From assembly GCA_051294375.1 (NCBI GenBank), contig CM119263.1:1636200-1690208 (forward strand): a DNA stretch of 54,009 nt, in the 5' to 3' direction. Source of the stretch: Paraspadella gotoi. Taxonomy: Eukaryota; Animalia; Chaetognatha. The notes beneath the pieces were generated by a model, which saw nothing but the letters and a program-made list of their open reading frames with translations, ran no database searches and was not told the DNA's origin. The position numbers and the translations under genes were made by a program. This document shows positions 1-11,565 of the stretch, one piece after another; position 1 is the stretch's first letter, and every line of letters begins with the position of its first letter.

Positions 1-507
1 TTTTGGTAATAGTTATTAGGTAGGACTAACTTTTAAATTAATCTTACAAACAAAACTAAACAAAAAATAAACATGGGCAGCATCCAGTTTGACTTTCATC
101 GTGAATTAAAACTAAGCGCAGATGTACAAAAGCGTTGCAATGACCAAACGCAGATGGTAAACCTCATTGCAAAGACGGATGCTCATAACTTTTCGAAACA
201 AATCTTGATGATTGAACGATTTTCTCAAAACGAACGGCGACGCAATTACGGATTTTTTAAAAGCTTCGCAGAAAAATGTCAAACAGGAAAAGTAGAGCAG
301 ATGCAAAGGGAGATGCAAGACGAACGACGTGCAGATGCAATTTCGATGTCTTAGAGGGAAATTGAAAAGTCGACAACGACAACAACAACAACAGCAACGA
401 CGGCATCGCGAATTCAAACGTCGAGAAAAGTCGCATAAATTGTAAGCGACATTTTTTGGCCGCTGGATTTGACGGCGAGTGCTGCAGCGTCGGTGAGCGG
501 ATGTTGC
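1..507 (-). repeat. Inverted copy of 866-1394 (and 5308-5836)
   Basis: Bases 1-30 (ttttggtaatagttattaggtaggactaac) reverse-complement to ~1366-1394. 475-507 (gcgagtgctgcagcgtcggtgagcggatgttgc) reverse-complements to ~866-902. The 866-1394 copy has scattered 1-bp insertions. Confidence 0.9.
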
Positions 508-1613
508 ATCGCTGCGGCAGCAAAGAGAGAGACAGAGAGAGAGAGAGAGAGATGGGCGGAGGCTGCAGCGACGGACGTGGCAAGGGTCCCTAGGCGATCC
601 TCGTCACCGCAAAAGTCGATCCCTCGAAAAGACATTTACTTCCTTTCTTTTTTTTTTCGATAATTTCCGACGCCATGTTTTTTTTTCGTCTCGTCTCACG
701 GAGAGGCGAGCGACATTTTGTTTTTCTCACGGATTATTTTTTAGCAGAAATTTTAAAAACATTTTAATTTAATTGTGTTCATTCTATATTAGGTTATTAA
801 AATTGTCATTATTACTTTTAGCGTTTGGTCATTCTCTCTANNNNNNNNNNNNNNNNNNNNNNNNNGCAACATGTCCGCTCACCGACGGGCTGCAGCACTC
901 GCCGTCAAATCCAGCGGCCAAAAAATGTCGCTTTACAATTTATGCGACATTTTTCTCGACGTTTGGAATTCGCGATGCGCTCGTTGCTGTTTGTTGTTTG
1001 TTGTCGTTTGTCGACTTTTCAATTTCCCTCTAAGACATCGAAATTGCATTCTGCACGTCGTTCGTCTTGCATCTTCCCTTTGCATCTGCTCTACTTTTCC
1101 TGTTTGACATTTTTCTGCCGAAGCTTTTAAAAAATCCGTAATTGCGCTCGCCGTTTCGTTTTTGAGAAAATCGTTCAACATCAAGATCTTGTTTCGAAAA
1201 GTTATGAGCATCCGTCTTTGGCAATGATGGGGTTTACCATCTGCGTTTGGTCATTGCAACGCTTTTGTTACAATCTGCGCTTTAGTTTTAATTCACGATG
1301 AAAGTCAAACTGGATTGCTGCCCATGTTTATTTTTGTTTATTTGTTTGTAAGATTAATTTAAAAAGTTAGTCCTAGCCTAATAACTATTACCAAACCACT
1401 CTCTCATTGTCCAACGATTACAATTCGTTGCCAAGCAGCTGGTTACCAGAATGACCCTTGTTGACAATAGACAATAGCTAACTGCTAACCATTGTCACGA
1501 ATTTTGGATGACAAAGGATTTTGTCGTTATCGTTTCCAAGACTCAGGAAAATCACAAATTCACAACCATCAACAATCATTTCTATCATCGTTGATCCGGT
1601 TAGGACTTCAATG

Positions 1614-2345
1614 AAGACAATTGCCAATACATCCTTCTGCAGACAATTGCAATGCCGTCCTCTTGCAAGACAATTGCAATGCCGTCCCTGCCCAAGACAA
1701 TTGCAATGCCGGACCTCTGCAAGACAATTGCAAAACCGTCCTTTTGCAAGACAAATTGCAATGGCCCGGTCCTCTGCAAGACAATTGAATCCGACCTCTG
1801 CAAGGACAATTGCAATGCCGTCCTCTGCAAGAAAATTGCAATGCCGTTCCTTTTGCAAGACAATTGCAATGCCGCTCCTCTGCAAGAAAAATAGCAATTG
1901 CGGTCCTTTGCAAGACCAATTTGCAATTGCCGCTCCTCTGCAAGACAATTTTGCAATGCCGGACCTCTGCAAGACAATTGTAATGCCGACCTCTGCCAAG
2001 ACAATTGCAATGCCGCTTCCTCTGCGAAGACAATGCAATGCCGTCCTCTGCAAGACAATTGCAAAGCCGACTTGCAAGACAATTGCAATGCCGACACCTG
2101 CCAAGACGATTGCAATGCCGTCCTTTGCAAATAATTGCAATTCCGTCCTCTTTTGTAAAAAAATTTTACAATGTCATTACTCCTGGCAAGACAATTGAGA
2201 TGCCGACCTCTGCAAGACAATTGCATGCCGTCCTCTGCAAGAACAATTACAATGTCATACTCTGAAAGAACAATTGCAATGCCGTCCTCTGCAAGACAAT
2301 TGCAATGCCGCCTCTGCAAGACAATTCAATGCTGTCCTCTGCAAG
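1614..2345. repeat. 26-bp minisatellite, consensus GCAAGACAATTGCAATGCCGTCCTCT, about 28 copies
   Basis: Directly visible tandem units with substitutions and indels. Explains the periodic KTIAMP/RQLQCR/QDNCNA translations. Confidence 0.95.
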
Positions 2346-2460
2346 ATCCAAGAGAAAACTTTCCATCGAATCTTGAAACCATCGAAGACGGAAGAGCTCC
2401 GCCCCATCGAGGCCAAATGGACCGTCTCTTCTTCTCTCTCTTCTCTCTCTCCTCTCTTCT

Positions 2461-2495
<35 letters not shown>

Positions 2496-2725
2496 AATTC
2501 CGCAGCTGATGCGGAAGGCGACTTCATCGATCTGAGACTGCGAAAACTGAATGCGAAAATGAATTCGATGATTCGATGCAGAAATGAAGGGAAGAGAAAG
2601 AAAAAGGGTAGAAAAACCAAAGGAGGGAAAATCCAAGATTTAGTACACCATTGATGATAAGCAAAAACTAAATCATAGTTATTTTTTTTCTTTCCCTTTT
2701 ATTCTGTTCTTTCATTATTTATTGG

Positions 2726-2782
<57 letters not shown>

Positions 2783-3105
2783 CTTTTCATTCCATTTTCT
2801 TTTTTTTTTCCTTTCATCATCACATTTTTTGATCTTAGCCTCTCTGTCGTCTTCTCTCTCTTTCTCTCTCTGTCTCTCTCTTTCTCTTTTCCTCGATATC
2901 GATTTTAACTCTCGCACTTGTGAATCACCGACGTTAAATAAAGAATTAACAAAAAACGAAAAAACAAAACAAAAAGAAAACAAACAAACAAAAATGTAAA
3001 AAAACAATTTATTCGAATCCTTTTTTCTATCATCAAAGTTTCATGTCATCCATCATTGGCCAGAGAATTCGTTCAGAGAAATGATTTTTTTCTTTAATGA
3101 CGGAG

Positions 3106-3156
<51 letters not shown>

Positions 3157-3224
3157 GAAATTGTCCCCTCATTCCCGGACCGAGTAGAGAGAGAGAGAGA
3201 TGAGCAGAGAGAGAAGAGAGCAGA

Positions 3225-3262
<38 letters not shown>

Positions 3263-3943
3263 CGAGAGATAGCGTGCGAGGGACAGAACGAGTCTCCCTA
3301 AGAGAAACTCATCTCACGAGGGAATTAGTCATTGCCTGTTTGACTGAATGACCGCAGTTGGAGAGGACAAGGGTAATGTTGGCGGGGAAGGGGATTTTGT
3401 GTGAGGGGAAGGGGATGTAAGCGGAGGAAAGGGATTGTACCAAGATAGGGAAATATGCCTGTGGGTTGGGGTGAGGGATTGCAGACCCAAGCAGCGGAAG
3501 AGGCGGCCACGAGCCGGCGGAGCGTTCAGTCAACGCCAAACCGAGAACGAAATTTTTTCTGCAAACGATTTACAGTTTTTGTTATCGAGAACTGATTGTC
3601 CTTCTTTGTGTTTGTTGTCGGTTGTTTTTTATATCCGTTGTTCCACGGCAGAAGCTAGGGATCCTGCTAATTTAGTTTATTATTCTAATTTAGAAATACA
3701 ATATGTTGATACAAGGATTGATTGCTCTAGAAAATGATTGCACCACAATTGATTGCAATGGTTGAAATCGCTGGAGGCTTTTTTATTGGCAAACGAATTC
3801 AGCCTTTCCTTCGTTTTTACTCCTTTCTCTTCTTCCTCCTCTTCCTCTCTCATTCCTCCCTTCCCGGTTACCCACCTTCCCCTGTCCACAATCGTAGATT
3901 CTCCTTTCTCCTTAATGGGTCGGACAGGCAGCGTCTCTCTTCT

Positions 3944-3999
<56 letters not shown>

Positions 4000-4000
4000 C

Positions 4001-4048
4001 TTCTCAACCCATTGCCAAGGTCGAATCACCATTTACAACGGTCTCTCA

Positions 4049-4082
<34 letters not shown>

Positions 4083-4114
4083 TCAACCATGCAAGGTCGA
4101 ATCACCATAACAAC

Positions 4115-4163
<49 letters not shown>

Positions 4164-4279
4164 CTCTCTCTTCTCAACCATTGCCAAGCGTCGAATCACC
4201 AAAACAACAGCTCTCTCTGCTCTCCTCTCTCTCTCGCTCTTCTCTCAACCATGCCAAGGTCGAATCACCATAACAACGT

Positions 4280-4313
<34 letters not shown>

Positions 4314-4352
4314 CTCTCTCTCAAACCATGCCAAGGTCGAAATCACCATTAC

Positions 4353-4390
<38 letters not shown>

Positions 4391-4423
4391 AACCCATGCC
4401 AGTCGAACCACCATTACGTCTCT

Positions 4424-4465
<42 letters not shown>

Positions 4466-4488
4466 ATGCCAAAGTCGAACACCATTAC

Positions 4489-4533
<45 letters not shown>

Positions 4534-4716
4534 TCTCTCAACCATGCCAAGGTCGAATCACCATAACAACTCGTGCGGTCTCTCTCTCTCTCTCTCTTCT
4601 CTCTCCTCTCTCTTCTCAACCATTAGCCAAGGTTCGAATCACCATTTACGTCTCTCTCTCTCTCTCTCTTCATCTCTCTCTCTCTCAACCATGCAAGGTC
4701 GAATCACCATTAGTCT
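4001..4716 (+). repeat. Compound array: 10 copies of TCAACCATGCCAAGGTCGAATCACCAT(AACA/T)ACGTC separated by variable (CT)n tracts, period ~65-90 bp
   Basis: Motif starts near 4004, 4083, 4174, 4245, 4321, 4389, 4460, 4538, 4616 and 4685. Two tail variants: cataacaacgtc and cattacgtc. Confidence 0.92.
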
Positions 4717-4732
4717 CTCCTCTCTTCTCTCT

Positions 4733-4781
<49 letters not shown>

Positions 4782-4802
4782 GTCGTCACATTTAAACTCT
4801 CT

Positions 4803-4861
<59 letters not shown>

Positions 4862-6055
4862 CACCTCTCTCTCTCTCTCTCTCTCTCTTCTCTCAATAAC
4901 ATGCCAAGTTACGATGACGATATTTCCCATAAAAACTCTGACGATGAGAAGAGGAATTCGTGGACACAATTTTGGATCTGAGCGAACGAGATGCGTAAAG
5001 TGGAATAAATATTAAAAGATAAACATTCACTGTAAAGTTGTAAAACTATTCAGAACTTAGACTATGCCAAAAAAATTTGCTGAAGTTGAATGAAGAAAAA
5101 ATCTTATTCTCAGAAAGGTTTCCTTTTTAACGGACTGTGGCAGCAGCAACACGCGATATTATCACTTTTTCAGTTTGAAATGAATTTCAGCTGATACTTA
5201 AAACATTCTTCCTGATCCAATTTGTTTTAAAAGCGTCCAGGGATCTATCACTCACTTAATCTCTTTCTCTCTCTCTCTCTCTNNNNNNNNNNNNNNNNNN
5301 NNNNNNNGCAACATGTCCGCTCACCGACGGGCTGCAGCACTCGCCGTCAAATCCAGCGGCCAAAAAATGTCGCTTTACAATTTATGCGACATTTTTCTCG
5401 ACGTTTGGAATTCGCGATGCGCTCGTTGCTGTTTGTTGTTTGTTGTCGTTTGTCGACTTTTCAATTTCCCTCTAAGACATCGAAATTGCATTCTGCACGT
5501 CGTTCGTCTTGCATCTTCCCTTTGCATCTGCTCTACTTTTCCTGTTTGACATTTTTCTGCCGAAGCTTTTAAAAAATCCGTAATTGCGCTCGCCGTTTCG
5601 TTTTTGAGAAAATCGTTCAACATCAAGATCTTGTTTCGAAAAGTTATGAGCATCCGTCTTTGGCAATGATGGGGTTTACCATCTGCGTTTGGTCATTGCA
5701 ACGCTTTTGTTACAATCTGCGCTTTAGTTTTAATTCACGATGAAAGTCAAACTGGATTGCTGCCCATGTTTATTTTTGTTTATTTGTTTGTAAGATTAAT
5801 TTAAAAAGTTAGTCCTAGCCTAATAACTATTACCAAACCACTCTCTCATTGTCCAACGATTACAATTCGTTGCCAAGCAGCTGGTTACCAGAATGACCCT
5901 TGTTGACAATAGACAATAGCTAACTGCTAACCATTGTCACGAATTTTGGATGACAAAGGATTTTGTCGTTATCGTTTCCAAGACTCAGGAAAATCACAAA
6001 TTCACAACCATCAACAATCATTTCTATCATCGTTGATCCGGTTAGGACTTCAATG

Positions 6056-6787
6056 AAGACAATTGCCAATACATCCTTCTGCAGACAATTGCAATGCCGT
6101 CCTCTTGCAAGACAATTGCAATGCCGTCCCTGCCCAAGACAATTGCAATGCCGGACCTCTGCAAGACAATTGCAAAACCGTCCTTTTGCAAGACAAATTG
6201 CAATGGCCCGGTCCTCTGCAAGACAATTGAATCCGACCTCTGCAAGGACAATTGCAATGCCGTCCTCTGCAAGAAAATTGCAATGCCGTTCCTTTTGCAA
6301 GACAATTGCAATGCCGCTCCTCTGCAAGAAAAATAGCAATTGCGGTCCTTTGCAAGACCAATTTGCAATTGCCGCTCCTCTGCAAGACAATTTTGCAATG
6401 CCGGACCTCTGCAAGACAATTGTAATGCCGACCTCTGCCAAGACAATTGCAATGCCGCTTCCTCTGCGAAGACAATGCAATGCCGTCCTCTGCAAGACAA
6501 TTGCAAAGCCGACTTGCAAGACAATTGCAATGCCGACACCTGCCAAGACGATTGCAATGCCGTCCTTTGCAAATAATTGCAATTCCGTCCTCTTTTGTAA
6601 AAAAATTTTACAATGTCATTACTCCTGGCAAGACAATTGAGATGCCGACCTCTGCAAGACAATTGCATGCCGTCCTCTGCAAGAACAATTACAATGTCAT
6701 ACTCTGAAAGAACAATTGCAATGCCGTCCTCTGCAAGACAATTGCAATGCCGCCTCTGCAAGACAATTCAATGCTGTCCTCTGCAAG
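6056..6787. repeat. 26-bp minisatellite (duplicate copy)
   Basis: Same as 1614-2345 at +4442. Confidence 0.95.
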
Positions 6788-6902
6788 ATCCAAGAGAAAA
6801 CTTTCCATCGAATCTTGAAACCATCGAAGACGGAAGAGCTCCGCCCCATCGAGGCCAAATGGACCGTCTCTTCTTCTCTCTCTTCTCTCTCTCCTCTCTT
6901 CT

Positions 6903-6937
<35 letters not shown>

Positions 6938-7167
6938 AATTCCGCAGCTGATGCGGAAGGCGACTTCATCGATCTGAGACTGCGAAAACTGAATGCGAAA
7001 ATGAATTCGATGATTCGATGCAGAAATGAAGGGAAGAGAAAGAAAAAGGGTAGAAAAACCAAAGGAGGGAAAATCCAAGATTTAGTACACCATTGATGAT
7101 AAGCAAAAACTAAATCATAGTTATTTTTTTTCTTTCCCTTTTATTCTGTTCTTTCATTATTTATTGG

Positions 7168-7224
<57 letters not shown>

Positions 7225-7547
7225 CTTTTCATTCCATTTTCTTTTTTTTTTCCTTTCATCATCACATTTTTTGATCTTAGCCTCTCTGTCGTCTTCTCTC
7301 TCTTTCTCTCTCTGTCTCTCTCTTTCTCTTTTCCTCGATATCGATTTTAACTCTCGCACTTGTGAATCACCGACGTTAAATAAAGAATTAACAAAAAACG
7401 AAAAAACAAAACAAAAAGAAAACAAACAAACAAAAATGTAAAAAAACAATTTATTCGAATCCTTTTTTCTATCATCAAAGTTTCATGTCATCCATCATTG
7501 GCCAGAGAATTCGTTCAGAGAAATGATTTTTTTCTTTAATGACGGAG

Positions 7548-7598
<51 letters not shown>

Positions 7599-7666
7599 GA
7601 AATTGTCCCCTCATTCCCGGACCGAGTAGAGAGAGAGAGAGATGAGCAGAGAGAGAAGAGAGCAGA

Positions 7667-7704
<38 letters not shown>

Positions 7705-8385
7705 CGAGAGATAGCGTGCGAGGGACAGAACGAGTCTCCCTAAGAGAAACTCATCTCACGAGGGAATTAGTCATTGCCTGTTTGACTGAATGACCGCAGT
7801 TGGAGAGGACAAGGGTAATGTTGGCGGGGAAGGGGATTTTGTGTGAGGGGAAGGGGATGTAAGCGGAGGAAAGGGATTGTACCAAGATAGGGAAATATGC
7901 CTGTGGGTTGGGGTGAGGGATTGCAGACCCAAGCAGCGGAAGAGGCGGCCACGAGCCGGCGGAGCGTTCAGTCAACGCCAAACCGAGAACGAAATTTTTT
8001 CTGCAAACGATTTACAGTTTTTGTTATCGAGAACTGATTGTCCTTCTTTGTGTTTGTTGTCGGTTGTTTTTTATATCCGTTGTTCCACGGCAGAAGCTAG
8101 GGATCCTGCTAATTTAGTTTATTATTCTAATTTAGAAATACAATATGTTGATACAAGGATTGATTGCTCTAGAAAATGATTGCACCACAATTGATTGCAA
8201 TGGTTGAAATCGCTGGAGGCTTTTTTATTGGCAAACGAATTCAGCCTTTCCTTCGTTTTTACTCCTTTCTCTTCTTCCTCCTCTTCCTCTCTCATTCCTC
8301 CCTTCCCGGTTACCCACCTTCCCCTGTCCACAATCGTAGATTCTCCTTTCTCCTTAATGGGTCGGACAGGCAGCGTCTCTCTTCT

Positions 8386-8441
<56 letters not shown>

Positions 8442-8442
8442 C

Positions 8443-8490
8443 TTCTCAACCCATTGCCAAGGTCGAATCACCATTTACAACGGTCTCTCA

Positions 8491-8524
<34 letters not shown>

Positions 8525-8556
8525 TCAACCATGCAAGGTCGAATCACCATAACAAC

Positions 8557-8605
<49 letters not shown>

Positions 8606-8721
8606 CTCTCTCTTCTCAACCATTGCCAAGCGTCGAATCACCAAAACAACAGCTCTCTCTGCTCTCCTCTCTCTCTCGCTCTTCTCTCAACCATGCCAAG
8701 GTCGAATCACCATAACAACGT

Positions 8722-8755
<34 letters not shown>

Positions 8756-8794
8756 CTCTCTCTCAAACCATGCCAAGGTCGAAATCACCATTAC

Positions 8795-8832
<38 letters not shown>

Positions 8833-8865
8833 AACCCATGCCAGTCGAACCACCATTACGTCTCT

Positions 8866-8907
<42 letters not shown>

Positions 8908-8930
8908 ATGCCAAAGTCGAACACCATTAC

Positions 8931-8975
<45 letters not shown>

Positions 8976-9158
8976 TCTCTCAACCATGCCAAGGTCGAAT
9001 CACCATAACAACTCGTGCGGTCTCTCTCTCTCTCTCTCTTCTCTCTCCTCTCTCTTCTCAACCATTAGCCAAGGTTCGAATCACCATTTACGTCTCTCTC
9101 TCTCTCTCTCTTCATCTCTCTCTCTCTCAACCATGCAAGGTCGAATCACCATTAGTCT
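8443..9158 (+). repeat. Compound motif/(CT)n array (duplicate copy)
   Basis: Same as 4001-4716 at +4442. Confidence 0.92.
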
Positions 9159-9174
9159 CTCCTCTCTTCTCTCT

Positions 9175-9223
<49 letters not shown>

Positions 9224-9244
9224 GTCGTCACATTTAAACTCTCT

Positions 9245-9303
<59 letters not shown>

Positions 9304-9342
9304 CACCTCTCTCTCTCTCTCTCTCTCTCTTCTCTCAATAAC

Positions 9343-9705
9343 ATGCCAAGTTACGATGACGATATTTCCCATAAAAACTCTGACGATGAGAAGGAATTCG
9401 TGGACAATTTGGATCTGAGCGAACTAAGATGCGTAAGTGAAATAAATATAAAAGATAAAAACATTCACTGTAAAGTTGTAAAACTATTCCAGAACTTTAA
9501 GAACTATGCCGAAAAAATTTGCTGAAGTTGAATGAAGAAAAATCTTATTTCTCAGAAAGGTTTCCTTTTTAACGGGACTGTGGCAGCAGCAAAACACGCG
9601 ATATTATCACTTTTTTCAGTTTGAAATGATTTCAGCTGATACTTAAAAACATTCTTCCTGATCCAATTTGTTTTAAAAAGGTCCGGGATCTATCACTCAC
9701 TTATC
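9343..9705 (+). pseudogene. Decayed or error-containing ORF of unknown product (MPSYDDDISHKNSDDEKEFVDNLDLSELRCVSEINIKDKNIHCKVVKLFQNFKNYAEK...)
   Basis: 60-codon complex ORF 9343-9525. After two TGA codons the same frame reads MKKNLISQKGFLFNGTVAAAKHAILSLFSV, and a shifted frame reads FQLILKNILPDPICFKKVRDLS. No family recognised. Confidence 0.35.
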
Positions 9706-9713
9706 TCTTTCCT

Positions 9714-9769
<56 letters not shown>

Positions 9770-9865
9770 GGCTCTCTCTCTGCTTTCCTATAGCACTCCT
9801 GGAACCAGAACTACCTCGTCATGGGATTTTCTTTCACAGCGCTATTAGCGTTTCCGGTTTAAAAC

Positions 9866-9932
<67 letters not shown>

Positions 9933-10436
9933 TAGAGAGAGAGAGCGTTTCGGTGTTTTGGATCAGGCGTTGGAGTTTCACCTTTTGAGACGCAAAAGCC
10001 ATTCCTTTTGACAGAAGGACCAGTGGAGGAAAGGAGGAAAGAAAAGTCGAAAAGGAAAGAAGGAAAAAGAAAAGAAAAGGAAAAAAAAAAGAGAATTGAG
10101 AAGATAAAGGAAGGAAAAGTCGAAAGAGAAAAGAAAAGGGAAAAAAAGAAAGGAGAATAGAAAATAAAGAGGAAAATGAAAAAAGAAAGAGGAAGGAGAA
10201 AGAAAAGAGAAGGAGGAGGAGGAGGAGGAAGAGGAGGAGGAGAATTGGAAATGGAATGTTTTGGTCCATTTGGATTAGCGTCAGCGACGGAAGCTGATCG
10301 TCAGTCGAGGTGTGAGAGAGAGAGAGGGAAAACGAGGGTTAAGAATGAGCAGCATTAAATATAAAACTCTATGAGGATTGCAAAAGCTAGGAGGAAGATG
10401 AAAAATAAATAGGCACACTGCGGTATTGCACTTTAC

Positions 10437-10556
10437 CTCAAATTCACTGTGTAAGTCTTTCCACAGTGCCATCGTGTTTAAGCCACAAAACTCCTTTAGC
10501 CTCTGTTGTGTCGAGTCTTTGTTTTCGTAGTGTCTTCCGGTTTTAAACTTTTGGTC
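10437..10556 (-). CDS. Candidate 120-bp internal exon, DQKFKTGRHYENKDSTQQRLKEFCGLNTMALWKDLHSEFE, unknown protein
   Basis: Minus-strand acceptor ctcac...cctcttgtgatcctcag|GAC and donor GAG|gtaaag. Exactly 40 stop-free codons, phase 0-0. Complex sequence island among low-complexity flanks. Confidence 0.5.
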
Positions 10557-11392
10557 CTGAGGATCACAAGAGGTCGAAGCCGAGTGAGACTTTTCAACTT
10601 TTTAACTTTTTTCTTCTTATAAAAGAAATCACGGATTCTGTTCGTTGTTTTGGATAAGTTTAATTTTTCGAAGTTTTAGAAGTTGAAATTGTTGATTTCA
10701 GATCAATTTTTTTTTAAAAATTCGAAGAAAAGAATGAAATGGAAAATTGAAAAACTAAAAAACCAAAAGTTAGAAAGAAAAGGGAGAAATTGAAAATAAG
10801 AATTTCTCAAAATCTTGAGATCGATTTTCGAATAACAAAACTAAAAATTGAAAACTGAAATCTGAAACAAAAGCTATTTGGCTTCTACATTAAATATTTA
10901 TTTTAATTTTTAGGATAATATCGTAAAAACTTTTATCGTTTGTTCCCAGCGTTTTTTATTTTTTAATCTGTAATATCATTTCCATGCTTTTCTTCCATGC
11001 GCGCCATTGCTCTTTCCATGTCTGTACCTAATCTTCATCTCGGTTTTCTCCCTTTCAGCAGTTCACTGTCTGCTCTCCTCCTTCAAGTCTCACGTGAGCC
11101 CTGATTTCATTCTCTCTCACCTGCCTTTTGAGAGAGACTGAGAAAGACAGAGACAGAGTTCTGATTTCATTCTGCCTTTAGATTTTCGATGATGCGATGA
11201 TGCAATAAAGATTCGTCCAAAGCCACGATCACATTCTCAGGCAAGATAGACTTTTAAAAGGACAACTCTAACAAAGATTTCACGTTAAGCGGCGTCACCA
11301 CAGTTAACGAGAAAGCCTTCGAGAAATCTTTTAACGGATTCCGCGAACATCACTTCAATTTACACACATCGTCAGCACGTCATTACCATCTA

Positions 11393-11565
11393 TGCTACGC
11401 CACCCCGTTTCCTACCCTACACGCCATTAACTCCCCTGCTACGCCAACCCGTTTCCTTCCCTACACGCCATTAACTCCCCTGCTACGCCAACCCGTTTCC
11501 TTCCCTATACGCCATTAACTCCCCTGCTACGCCAACCGGTTTCCTTCCCTATACGCCATCAACTC
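11393..11565. repeat. 44-bp tandem repeat TGCTACGCCAACCCGTTTCCTTCCCTAYACGCCATTAACTCCCC, ~4 copies, continuing into a gap
   Basis: Units start at 11393, 11437, 11481 and 11525. Confidence 0.95.

Larger units (their letters stand above)
866..5282 (+). repeat. First copy of a 4442-bp-period tandem duplication, bounded by 25-N gaps (841-865, 5283-5307)
   Basis: ORF track repeats with a constant +4442 offset. The copies read as identical up to ~4950/9392, then differ by small indels. Confidence 0.95.
5308..9720 (+). repeat. Second copy of the 4.44-kb duplication
   Basis: Starts with the same gcaacatgtccgctcaccgacggg directly after a 25-N gap and gives identical ORF translations. Confidence 0.95.

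Noticed and set aside
1478-2319. 220-239 aa ORFs on both strands (also 5920-6761)
   Set aside because: By-products of a stop-free 26-bp repeat whose unit length is not a multiple of three.
4001-4716. CRISPR array
   Set aside because: Spacers are only (CT)n, repeats vary, there are no cas-like ORFs, and the context is eukaryotic.
3734-5015. 420-aa SLSL-rich ORF and similar ER/SL/F/K-rich ORFs across the window
   Set aside because: Translations of (CT)n, (GA)n, (AAAG)n and other low-complexity tracts.
866-9720. LTR pair or genuine segmental duplication
   Set aside because: Copies abut across a 25-N gap, share apparent read errors, and lack TG..CA termini or an internal region.
11195-11250. 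piggyBac transposase motif (ENVIVALDESLL, minus strand)
   Set aside because: The expected following GR motif and other catalytic blocks are absent; the match is too short.
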